A stretch of 64,000 bases of DNA from Octopus bimaculoides (Eukaryota): contig NC_068990.1 in NCBI RefSeq assembly GCF_001194135.2, positions 6,239,501 through 6,303,500 of the forward strand, given 5' to 3'. The position numbers and the translations under genes were made by a program. Of the stretch, positions 29,397 to 43,300 are shown piece by piece. The notes under the pieces were generated by a model. The model was not told where the DNA came from. It saw only the letters and a list, made by a program, of their open reading frames with translations, and did not search any database. The first letter of the stretch is position 1; each line of letters starts with the position of its first letter.

Positions 29397-31368
29397 GTTG
29401 GACAGTATCTTCCTGGTTATGGTATATGACTGGTCATAATGTTGCTGAGTTTTGTGATGACCGTTGCACTTGGTATCACTGATAATGTCTTTAGACATGC
29501 TGATTGGATGTGAATAACCCCTTTTATGCTGGAGGTAAACATATGGTCCTAGTTTGGTTGGTTATGACTAAGACAGGAACAAAAAAATTAAAAAATGGTA
29601 AACAGTTATAACATTTTCTAGTGGGGAAAAAAGAGTTCCTTCTCATAGCATGATGCCAGTTGTGCATGATTGCATTTATGTTCCAGAATGTCTGAAGAGT
29701 CATCAATGTTGCCAAATGCAATGGCTGGTGCAAAACCATCATTAACACCCTGACCAGTTTTATGCCATAACAAGGAATATTTTGTTTGATAATATCAAAA
29801 TATCAGTTTCAGATATGTGATTTTTTACTGACTTATGATCAACCGATAACATACATACACACACACGTACAGGCAGACAGACATATAGGGTTGGAACAAA
29901 AGTTTGTCAATTTTTAAGTAAATTTTAAAAATATTATTTAGATATTTGTACATATCTTTATTCAACTACCTATATCCCATTTTGTTCCACTACCTTTTGC
30001 CATCTTTGTGGCAATTTCCTGATCCCATCCACCCAGAACTTGGCATCTTTCTGGGTCATGAATTTGTCTAAGTGATTTTCACGGTCTTCCAAAGAACTAA
30101 AGGTCTTCTCATCTAGGGAACTTTGCAGGGATTGAAATGAAGGATAAACTAAAGATGCAAGCTCAGGTGAGCACTGCAGGTGTGGTACGAGATCTAAGCT
30201 AAGGTGCACTAATTTCTGCTGGGTCTACAAGAGAACATGAGGTCAAGTGTTATCCTGAAGGAAAACAACACTCTTACAATTGGCCAATTCTGGATGTTTT
30301 TCATCAATTGCCTTCTTTAATTGGTTTAAATGGGAACAATAATTATCTGAATTCAATGTTTAACATTGCAGGAGCTTGTAATACACCATGTCCTTCTGAG
30401 CTCATCAGTTACAAAGAATCATCTTCAAATACTGATTAGTAATTGGAGTGATTATAGCTAGTTCATTAATGTCATCCATTAAATATTTTTCTTTTAAATA
30501 ATGAGGTACCCAAACACCATAATTATCCATACATTCAAGTGTTTTATAACACTCGTGAGATATGTAAAGTATTTCTGAAATGTCTCAAGTCATGTGATCA
30601 GGATTATTTTTAATTAGCATTTTGATTTGGTCGTCACTTATGACAGGAGGCCTGCTGGAATGTTCATGATCTTCCAGATCAAACTTTTGACACCTCACCT
30701 AGTAAATCACTTATGAACAGTCTTCTCAGCTATGACAAGCTTAAGAGGGTAAAGGGTAAAGACCCCCTTCGGCCATGAATGACCATGAGGTTGCATCTAG
30801 CAAGTTACCCTTCAAGGTTCAAGTCTGAGCAAGGTTGTTTATGGAAGACCACCAGGCACGCATGCATATCGGCCTCCCCTCTCCATGCCACTGTTGTTAT
30901 TCAAGGGAAAGGCAACGGCCGAAACCATGTTGCAACTTATTTCTATAACTGAGTGAACTGGAGCAATGTGAAATAAAATGTCTTGCTCAAGAACACAACA
31001 CACAACCTGGTGCAGGAATCGAACTCACTACCTCATGATTGTGAACCTGACATTCTAACCATTGAGCCATGCAACACCATTTCCATAAACTGCACATTTG
31101 CTTTTGCCATTTTTGTAGTGTTTTTTTTTTCCTTTTCCAGAAATAAAAGAGCATCAAATGGCTAAGATGTATCTCATTTTCATCCATTTTCACTTTTAGC
31201 TTAAAAAACAGTATAAATAAAGTATCCACACAGTAATCATATAGAAAGATGTGTTGAAATGTCACCTTTCAGAAAATATATATACATCATGTGCTTCTGT
31301 CAGGTGAGAAACAAAATCATGTGTTTAAATGCCACCAGTTAAAAAACACTATGAACTTTTGTTCCAAC

Positions 31369-31416
<48 letters not shown>

Positions 31417-32455
31417 TGCACAGATAGCGAGAGAGAGAGAGAGAGAGAGAGGGAGGGAGAGAGAAAGAAAGAGAGAGAGATAAAGCGCATCCTTTGTTTT
31501 GTTAATCATTGAATTCTTCCTACATGGGTAGTCTCTAAGAAATAAAGTTTAATAGTTGGGATGTAGATAAAAGCAATAGTAAATGGTTACATTTTGAATT
31601 TCAGCAAAGTGTTGCATATTTTCATTTTTCTGCACACAGATTGGATTTGCAGAATATGAGTTAGATGATCACCTTCTTTGCCTAAAACCCCAATAGCACA
31701 GACAATAACACTTAATAATATAACCAAGAGTATGTAATGAATTTATAATCTGGGTGGAGAAGCTGTTGCTTTTAAAGCAGGTGACCATAAATATTCTCTT
31801 TTTCATTAATATTAAATGAAATGATCATATCAGAATGGAATTTAACCCTGACCCAATTCTCCCCAACTGCAATATTATTTTCCTTTCTGTTCCACATTGC
31901 TATTAGTTATGTCCCACATAAATACATTAGACTGCTTGTGTTTGCCTTTAGAAACTGTGAATAAGGTCTTCTACCAATATTTCTTGTGTTATTATGTATG
32001 AATATACTCAAAATTGTTCTTATATTTTCTCAAGGACTTGAAAAATAAGATGTAGATATGGCTGTGTAGTTACAAAGTGAACTTTGTAACCATGTAGTTC
32101 CAAATTCATTCAATTGCATGGCACCTTGGGTAAGTGTCTTCTACTTTAATCAAAGATTAAAGGCACAATCTCATTAATCTAAGAGTGTCTGAAAAAGTCA
32201 TGGTTACCATCTTGTCTTCCAGATGCAGTAAGTAAAAAAAATCATAAATTTGCATTTGAGATGACATTGTACATTGTTTATATATTTGTATGCAAATATA
32301 AATATAACTGCATGAAAAGTGTTGTCTTATATATCATTAAATCAAATCAACAACCCAATTTCTTTTTCGAAACAGAATCCTAAGGGAAAATAGTGACGGC
32401 TAATACATCCTTTTATTTCCATTCTGTGAAAAATATCTTGTTTCTTTCTTGCTTC

Positions 32456-32504
<49 letters not shown>

Positions 32505-35500
32505 AAGTTACCTTCCTCTCTTGCCTTTTCTACCTACACAATATGTTACAACTGACACCATTTCTCAAACTTATCATAGCATGCACATTTTCTTCCAGAT
32601 ATCAGTGTCTTCACTTTTCTGTTCACAGTTTATAACAAGTGTTCATTGACCCCAAATGAATAGGGTTTCCATCACATTTCCTTCCTTTATGTTACTTTGA
32701 GAATGCTCCTCCTCATATTTTATGATAATTATGTTGCTTCTTGAATGACTCAAAAATAAGAGACAGGCATGTCTGTGTGGTTGTAAAGTTCACTTACTAT
32801 TCACCCCATGTCACTTTGTGGCACCTTACAGTTCTGATATAGCCTCAAGCTAATTACATACATACATACACATAGGCACAGGCATGGCTGTGTGGTACAC
32901 ATGGCTCTGGGTTCAGTCCCGCTGACACTTTGGACAGGTGTCTTTACATAGTCAAAGCCTTGTCAGTGGATTTGGTAGACAGATACTGAAAGAAGCCCAG
33001 TGTGTGTGTGTGTGTACGTCTGTGCATGTGTATGTGTGTGTGTGCGCTTGTCCTCATACTTAACAGTTTAATAAAAAAGAGACCAAGTGTCCAAGAAACC
33101 AAGTATCAGGCTTAAAAAAAAAGTACTGGGGTCGATTCATATGACTAAAAATTCTCCAAGGCAGTACCCCAGCATGGCCACAGTCCAATGACTGAGACAT
33201 GTAAAACATAGAAAATTTAAAAGATAAAAACACGAGCAGAATATAAAGCATTGCTGCTCAGGCTGGAAAATAGCTATAAATTCATTCTCAGTGAGGAATT
33301 GTTCTCAAAGCTTATTTGGCTTTTTTAAAACCCTGCTGATAGATAAAATGTTATGTTTTATGTATGAAATGAAATTGTTATCCAATTCGTTTTACGCATT
33401 CTGGTGTCTAATGCAGTGCTCCGCATGGTGTGCCATGAGACGATGGTAGGTGTATCGCAGTGTAACCTGAATATAATTTTTTTCTCCTTATACTTTTAGT
33501 TATATTTTGAAAAGAATGTAAGTGTACTTCAAGTGAAAAAAAAGGTTACCAAGCACTGGTCTAATATATTTAATTGTGTCAATGACCTTTGTCTAATTTA
33601 AGAAAATTAAGTAAGAACACAAGATTAAGTAAGTGTGAAAACATTTACTTAATGTTTTACTCTTGATATTCTTTACTTCTTAAAATAATTTGAAACAGAA
33701 GTGTCAGGAAGTGAAGCAAACATGGAAATAAAATATTTCTCATAACACAAAGAAACCAGGCTCAGCAGAAACCCAAACATCCAAATAGTAGAACAGCAAT
33801 ACATGCAATGATAAAAACACTATATCAAGAGTTGTGATGAGCTACAGCTCATGTATTAGATTTGTACTCATTTTAGCCTTGACCATTCTGGACATTGTCA
33901 TGTCAGCATCTGAGGATAGACAATGATTTTAAAGAGATTATGGGGTTTTTTTTACTCTTGAGCAGCCTACATAAAATTGGCCATTAGCTAAACAGAACTC
34001 ATCAAGATGTAGTCCAGCAACTATCAATGTTTGCTCTTGGTATTCATTGACTGACATGGCAAAGCTTAGATGTCCAGGAAACTGAAGTTTTCGAAACTGA
34101 GAGGTATATCTGTCAGTAGGAGTGAAATTCTGGGTGTAATTGCACCCTCTTTTTCGTGCATCCAATGAAAGTGGTAATCTTGACAACACGTGGCATAAAC
34201 TTGCTAGCCATTTGTTGTGTGCTACAGCATAGCCTCACTACACAGCATTATTAGGGACTGCTTTTTAGCTGAAATCAGTGTGGTGATAGACCTAAAGGGT
34301 TCTAACTAAACTTTTAAATTCTGCTGGGTCCATGTCTATTGATTTGTAGGATAACTGTTTCCTGAAGCCAGTTGATGCTTTTGCTTAAATATGTTTCCTT
34401 TGCATTCAATCACATGATGCTGCAGGTTGAGAAACACCTTTGATATCAATTCATATGTCGTTTTAACCAAGATGGGTTTATAGTGTTAGGAGTAAGTCTT
34501 CCCTCTCTAACTAGTAACAAATTTTTGGTAAACTAACAGGACAGCTCATCTCCAAAATGATTGACTTTCATGTTTGTAAACAGTTTTAAAATTTTCATAT
34601 TGGTCTAATGTGATGACAATTCAAGGCAATGGTCGTCAACTGAGGTTCATATGGCCTCTAGGGGTCCCTATAAGATTTGGGGCGGGGGGGGGGTCCACAT
34701 CACAAAACTATAAATTGGGGATCCACAAAAGTAGTGTAAGGGCTCCTGAAAAAAGGTTGCTTTAGATGTATGTATTGCAAGAAACAGCAAAATCTTTTTC
34801 GCTAACATTTTACATAATTCATCCTACATGAAAAACAAAATAGGAATTTTAAAAAAAGTTTCTATATAACTAGTTTTTAAACATCAAATAGCTAGTGGGG
34901 TGGGTCAACCTGGAAAATAAATGACACATTTGAATTTAGTCCTGCTATATTAATTCACATAGAAATTATGAGTGTGCCTACTCTTGCTTTGTTCAGCAAC
35001 AGTAGCTGTTGATGATGATAAAGATGAAGTATGATGGTATGAAAAAAGAGGATAAAAAACATGTATATATAAATTTATATGAATGAATTCAGTAATTGGA
35101 AAATTTTAGTGCACACAATGTTTGTGACTTTCTTCAACACTCATGCTAGCTGTGGTACCCAGTATAGTTCTTCAAAGAGCAACATACAATTGTTCATGTG
35201 TTCAGCAGCTGAGGAACACTAATCTATCTACTCAATGGCTGACATTAAAATTTATTAGCTGTCATAGCAAACTCCACTCACATTACAAGTTGTAATTGCA
35301 TTAGGATGATATCTGCGAGGCATTTGAATGTTTCAGTTTAATTCTTAGCACAGTGACATTTTTATAATGTTCACCTTTTGTAAATATATCACCTTCAGTC
35401 AAGTGTTCAAGTAAATTCAAATTCTTGTTCAATTGCAAAGCCAATCAGCATTATTTAAATCTCTCAGAAGTATTACATCGTATCTCTTTTCCCAGGTGAA

Positions 35501-37124
35501 AGTTGGTGGGAGAACTTCACCAAAGTTAGAGTTCTTTAAGAACTAAATTGGATAATTGTATTGATTACCTTCACAATCATGGGAATTGATGTTTAAATAT
35601 GACTGATTCACTATCAATACGTTGATAATTTCTTCATTTATAAAATCAACCACAGTATCAAGGCTTTCATAGACTTGTGTTTTCTTTATGAAAGAAAATG
35701 GAAGGAAGCTATAGATATCAAAGGAAGTTGTCACAATGCATTTGGTTCATTGAGACTTGAAAACATTCTCCTTTCTGTTCTTGTAGAGTATTTTGAAGAG
35801 AACGGTACTGTTCTTTTTCAGTTTGCAATAACTATTGATATTGTACTCTTGTGACTGAAACATTTCAAAATCATTGATCTGATGCATTATCTTGTATGCA
35901 TAATAGTACATCCATATATGCTTTTGTTATTATTCATATCCATGAGAATTATACCCCAAACTTTTCTCCCCTTTTGGAAACATGAGAACAAAATATAATG
36001 AATCATAATCCTGATTAAAGTTGATCAAATTGCTGCAACCTTAATTATCATCATCATCATCATCATCGTTTAACGTCCGCTTTCTATGCTAGCATGGGTT
36101 GGACGATTTGACTGAGGACTGGTGAAACCAGATGGCAACACCAGGCTCCAATCTAATTTGGCAGAGTTTCTACAGCTGGATGCCCTTCCTAACGCCAACA
36201 ACTCAAAGAGTGTAGTGGGTGCTTTTACGTGTCACCCGCACGAAAACGGCCACGCTCGAAATCATGTTTACATAAAAAACAATGCCATATTGTCAATCTG
36301 TTCCGAGTATAATGATTGCTATTTTAGCAGTAAAATTGCTATTTTAGCAGTTTACTGCAGTTAATAAATGACAAAATATGTCATCTGCAAATGTTCAACA
36401 ACTAATTGTGCTCTGCAATAGCTCTGTAGCATAATACACATTTGTTGGCCAATCTGAATGTCAGTTTCATGGATGTGGATTTGGGTAAACAATGCAGTTT
36501 AATCAGAAGCAATAGTGAAGTTGATAAAAGATCATCTACAACACTTTGTATAATCTCTTTGTATAATCTCTTTCAACCCAGATCCCAACTATAGTTTGCA
36601 TTGTTTAACGAGAAACTAAACATTGTGTCTTGATGAAATTCAAAGTTGTTCCAAGCCAAATTCAATGATGCTGGATATTCCAGCAATTTGAGGTAGCTTG
36701 AATTTTTTCTTTTGTACAAAACGTTGAAACTGGATTGTGTGAGCCATGTGTTGTTTGCAATTTTATCTGTAAATATGTTTGGCACTCCATAGTATGTGAC
36801 ATACATACAACACAGATGGTGCTTGTGTACTTGCAGGAAACTATCTTCAGAATTAGCTCCCAAATTCCTTTAATTTTTCTTTATTAGGAAAGTATAACAA
36901 GATGGTTTCATCACTACTCCCTTGCTTTATGTGCATTTTTTATGACTGCATTGTTGCACAAATTAATCAAAGATGCAGCATGGTCAAATTTCTGTTACAG
37001 GGTATTCTTCTCTGTTGGAATATTTGGTGTAAAAATATCTTCATGAGTACACACGAATTGCTTTTGTTCATATTTGCATGCTTCAATTATCATCTCTTTG
37101 TCTTTTCCATTTCTACTTTCTTCT

Positions 37125-37168
<44 letters not shown>

Positions 37169-40100
37169 GCATCAGCAGTGTCTGTTTCTTTTCAGCTGTT
37201 TTTTTTTTCTTCTTTCCACTGGTTATGTTTAGAAAAACAAAAGTTGTCTTGATAGGTAAAAGATTATATCCTTCAACTGATCTTCAGGTAAATCTTGTTA
37301 ATATTCAGATCCCTTATGACAATAGCATCACTTTTATATGTTTGTTTGATGACTATTGTATCATTGTTTTGGAGATGTTTTAAGAGTGGATTTTTTCTGA
37401 TTTGGTAATATTTGGTCTGAAACGAATGTTTAAAAGGAAATTTGGAAAGGATATACTGGTTTATATGAGTATTTCTTCTTTTTGATGAAGTGGGTGAATT
37501 TTAGTTTGTTCCTTATCAGGGATTAATCAACATCACTATTTTTATTGATGAAAACCACAATCAATTATAATTTTTGACAGAATTCTGGGACAACCTTCTT
37601 TGATTTTTGATAGTTGACTGTTTGTGTAGGTGTTATTTTAACCCACTTGCCAAATGTTGAAATTCATCATTATATAAATTCTTTTTCAATATATTTATAA
37701 TATTAAGGTCTTTTTTATTCAATTGTTTTGGAGGTTTTCTCTTGTGTTTTTCCTTTTTCCAGCATTTGTTGTCCTGACATTAAAAAAATTAATTCCTCTT
37801 TGTTTAGTATTTCCATTCTTGTTGACTTTTACTAAATGTGTGGCAAATGCTCAGGGGCAATGAACACTGAAAATGTACAGAAAACAGCCTGCGCCACATT
37901 CCAGGGGGACAGCTTCCGTTACCAAGTCAGTAGCGGGGGCGGTTGCTCTGAGAGTGTAGCTGCTAGAATAAGAATAGCCTGGGCAAAGTTCATAGAGCTC
38001 CTACCTCTGCTGGTGACAAAGGGCCTGTCACATGCACTATGCTTGCAGAGAAGGTCGGTTGTTCTGCAATACCACATACTATCTTTTGCTTTGCCTATTC
38101 TGTACCCTTTGGGCATGCATCCCCATTTTCATCCATCTCTTGTCCATTCCATACCCTCTCACACCACAATCGTTTATTCTCCTAACTGTTGTACTTGTTC
38201 TGTATTTTCTCATCTCTTCTACTCATCACATCACAAGACCCCCTAACTGAGAGGAAAGTACTAGGTTTGCACATATTGAATATTACCCCTCCCTGTTCCT
38301 CCACTACCTACATCCTGCTATTCTTCCAAATCATAAGCTATGTTGCTTGAGCAAGGAAGGATTGCAATGCTGGTGACTTTTATCCTCCTTCCCTGTTGCC
38401 ATGCTCTCATGGAAATGCTTAGAAACAGGTGAGGGGCGGCAACAAGAAGGCCATCCAGCTGTAGAAAAACCTGCTTCAACGAATTTCATCTGACTCATGC
38501 CAGCATGGAAATGTGAATATTAAAATGATTGTGATGAAGAGGATGAATACACACACACACACACACATATGTGCTGTATGTGCAATGTGAGTGTGCATTA
38601 GTACAAAGATTTTGAGTGAAAAACTAGGCATTACGGGAATCAGATGTAGTGTGCAATAAAGAAGATTGTGCTGGTATGGACATATGATGAGTACGAATGA
38701 AGACAGCCAGATAGAGAAGTGCTGATTGTTAAATGTGGCTGGAAATTGCAGAAGGAGACTCAGGAAGGGGGTGAAGTGATTAAGGTTGACCTCAAGACCT
38801 TGATCCTGATGGAGGAGATGATAAAAGACCTGCCCTCATCAGCTAAACATATTGCACTCATCCACTCCTCTCATGCATTAGGTCTGCTTCTCCCACCACC
38901 CAGCTCCTGCAGACTACCAACCATGTTATTTCTCTCTCTTTCTCTTATCCTCCACCTTTTGACAGCCATATCATATTTACTATTCTTGTTGCTTTCCCCC
39001 CACCCCCACTCACTCTCTTCTGCATCCCTCTATCTTCCCCCAAACTCATGGTTTCTTACTCGTCTACCCTTCAATCTGCCTCATTGTCCCTTCATTCTCC
39101 TTCCTGTACAAACTTGCAAACCAATTCATCAACTCACCTTGTGGGACCACCTATGCACGCCATCACCATTATCTATCTATTGCAGCTCCTACTGTTAATT
39201 TTCTTTTCCTCTCCCCTTCCCCTACTAGATGTTAGTAGCTAGGCAGATCCTCTACAAGAACCAGCACTGCCCTCCTCTCATAGTTCAATGCCCTTATCCA
39301 CTAGTATGAAGCTCCCCCACCTCTCACTCCATCAGGGTCTGTAGTTCTGTGAGCTGCATGGCAACCTCTATAGTGCAGGTGGCACAAAAAGAGCACCCCC
39401 ATCAATGCTGTAAAGTGGTTGGCATCAGGAAGGTCATCCGGCTGCTGTAGAAACTATGCCAAAACAGACACTGGAGAATGATACAGTCCTTGGACACATC
39501 AGATCCAGTCAAACCATCCAACCCATGCCAGCATGGAACACAGGCATTAAATGATGATAATGATGATGATGATAATGATGATGATGATGATGATGAAATA
39601 TATACATATAAAAGTGGAAATAGATAAATAGATGTGCTAAGTGTGCAACAAATTACCATTTAAGGTTATGGCTCTGGATAGTATCCACATGAAACATAAA
39701 ACTCCATCTGCTGTGTGATCCAGGGGAACATGCATACAATATAAGGGTATTGTATAGTATGAACAGCACATGTAGCATGAGAGAATAACAAGAAGCAAGT
39801 TGTAGGTAATTTGTTTAGACGTTACTCTTACTTCAGCAATTGATAATCAAGATCCATGATTGATCTGGTCAAATATATTTTTGCTGCCTAATCACAGTTA
39901 TATATAATTTGTGATTAGGCAGCAATCTGGTTGAATCATTAGCATGCTGGGTAAAATGCTTAGCAACATTTTGTTCATCTTTAGGTTCTGAGTTCAAATT
40001 TTGTAGAGGTCAACTTTGGCCTCCATCTTTTTGGAGTCGACAAAATAAGTAACAGTTGAACACCGAGGTTGATGTAATTGATTTACCCCCTCGCCCAAAT

Positions 40101-40295
40101 TGCTGGCCTTGTGCTCGAATTCAGTTTTAATATATAATTTGTGATTATTCATCAATTTTGATTATCAATTGCTGAAGTGAGTGTAATGTCCATGAAAAAA
40201 AAAATATATACTAAGACAACTTGCTTCCTGTTATTCTCTCATACTGTATGTATGTGTGTATAAGTATATATATATATGTATATATAATGTGTATG

Positions 40296-40347
<52 letters not shown>

Positions 40348-43300
40348 TACATACAAATATATATGCATTCATATATACAAACACACATACATGAGTGTAT
40401 GTGAGTGTGGTGAGTGTGGCAAAAACACCTAAAAATTATAAAACTTCAAAGAAAATATTGAAATGTATAAGAAAAAATGTACAAGAGAAAAATATATAAA
40501 AAATGCAAGCAAAATATGAAGAATTTTATATAATCATTCATAAATATGTGAATTATAATTGATATTGTGAAAATAATTTGCATAATTTTCTTATTAACAT
40601 ATTTGTATTATATTTGTATTATATTATGTTTTTGAAGTGGGTTTTTAGAGCTAAATTTTCCAAAATGTTTTGCATCTTGGAAGTTAATAAAATGACAGAA
40701 CAGTAGTCGAAGTGTTAGTGATTTATAATCTGTTATTGGCCCTTCAGTGTGTATCTCACAATGAAATTTCAAAAGCCCATCTATAGCATTAACTGGATGT
40801 TATAACCAGAATATGTATTGTGTAACTGACAAGTATTTTGAGTTGTAGTACAGTGCTTGGCTCAAATCCAAAGATAAGTTTAATTCAGAAAGGATGAATT
40901 TGAATAAGTATATAAATGTCTTCGATTGCTTCAACCAATTGAACGGGTTACGGAATATGATTTTCTTCCGAATACTCCAAGAATTATATCACAATATCAA
41001 CATACACGCACATGCACACAACAAACACGGATAATTATAAATATGTGATTTAAGATTTGCGGTAATATTCATTTTGAAATAGAAATAATTTATTGCATCA
41101 GCTGTTTTTCATAACTTTTCTTAGTGCTATATACTATAGGAATTACATTTACGTTTTTTTTTTTTTTCTCATAATTGTTATTTAAATGCCATAATTTCTT
41201 TTCAATGATTATGTATATAAGTTGAAAATGAAAAATTAACCAAGTTAATAATGTGGAAAACAAAATCTAGTACGGGATATCCAATACTGACAAAAAGCTG
41301 AATGACACAACAGTCCAGAATATAAAAATACACAGGAAAAAAGTTAACTTACCAGTAGATTGAGCAATTGAGGTAAGTTGAGTTGATTGCTTGATAAGGG
41401 ATACTCGGTAAAAGTAGTTTCGCCAGAAGTTCTCCTCATTAATTCTTTCATCAGAGCGAGGACAGAAAAATTGAATGATTTGAAAGAAATTAGTATCTTT
41501 AATAGAATGATATAATATTTTATTTAAATTAGGTTAAAAAGGAAACCAATGAGAATGACAGAAAACTAAATGCAAGAACAATTTTTTGGTTAAAGTTACC
41601 AAGCTGGACAGAAATGATGGTTTAAGACCATACAAGATGTAAAAACCAATGCAAATAATCATAAATAACAATCACTATAAGTAAAAGAAACAGTTTATAA
41701 TTGGTAAGTATTCATTTAATTGTGCCATTGCTTAGTCTTTATTCTTTACAAACACAAGAAATATGTCTGCTGAACCTTTACAGCAATGAGAAGAATCAAA
41801 CTTATTAATCGATTGACCAAACAGTGATTAATAGTGGTCTACAATATTATTTTGCTCCACTTTATGCATATAAAGTATTTGAGTGTGCAGTGTCATTGTA
41901 AAGTCCTTCTGCACTTTTAGATTTGTCTGGCAGAGTTAATCAGGGAAAAGGATAAGTAAAATTATTTAATTTTTAAATGGATTTATTCTTGAAATTATAA
42001 AGTTTCAACATGTTTCATGAGTAACTTTAACAGAGTTGGGTCTGTTGCAAGCATTCAGACCAAGGTCCTGTAAGGGTTTATCATGAACTCATAGTACAAT
42101 GACACCCTCTGTACTTTGTAGATACCAACTAAACCCACCAGACAATTCTCTCACATCTGCAGACAGTCATCCAGCCTAGAATTCATACATCACGCCATTT
42201 GTACAAACAGTACACCCTATCCTTCTCTGACACTCAAATCTCTCAACTTTGTTTATATTTCATCTCTGCTACCCAGACTACACTCTTCACTTTAACTTTA
42301 CTCTGAAAGTTGGTGTCCAATGTAAAAGTCAATTCCACTAACCCGGCTTCTCACCTCTCTCATCTGGATATAAGCAACAAAGGCTTTCAATTACTTTGGC
42401 TCCAAGACTTAGTCACCTACTCATTCAAATATTTCAGCCTTCTAACATCTAACCATCAAAAAAATCTTTGACCATATCCCTGCCTATATTGAGGACATCT
42501 AAGTTACTTCAATATAATATAAGATAATTTCATCATTAACATCATTGCTTTAATATCCATGCTTGACTGCATCAGACGAAAATCACTGCGGTAAAATTTT
42601 CTGCAGCCCTTCTTGCCAATCCTTTTTCCAAGTAAGCTAATATTTTGCTGAGTCTTTCAGACAAGAAGAGCACAATGACTAAACATTTTTACAGAGAAAA
42701 CTTCAAACAAGCAACATTGTTTGTATGGCAGTGATATTTGTTTGCAATCAACTTGCAGTCAAGGCAAAGAGACACAATTGTCATACCATCTGGCCTTCTA
42801 CCGTCCCCTCAGTCTAGCTCCACTGGCTTGAGCTGGCAAGGGGAATCTGAAGCGTCTAAGCCATGCTTTATGATCTTGTTAAGGGTGGCAGGGCATAGAA
42901 GGTGGCCAGTAATATGCTGGCATGACAGTGGACGGAGACCGAAAGAATCCACAGTGGATCCATAATGGCATTCGTGAGGCACACAGGTCTGGAGGCCAAG
43001 CGTCAAGGAAACGATGTGCAAGCAGTTGCTCTCAAGCCGAGTGCTAGTTGCAAGTGTATGTCTGCATTGAGCAGACAGTGCTGGTCGGCACACCAACTTG
43101 TCCATAGGAGGAATTACTTCCTGGAAAGTTCTGGGGGGCAAATTACTTCGTGGAAAGATCCAAGGTAGGGGAGGAGGGGAGGAATTAATTTCTGGAAAGT
43201 TCCGAGTATTCCTGAAAAAGTTCCAACGTGGGGAAGAATTACTTCCTGGAAATTTCCAAGGATGGTACTTCATGGAAAGTTCCGAGAGTTTCCTGGAAAG

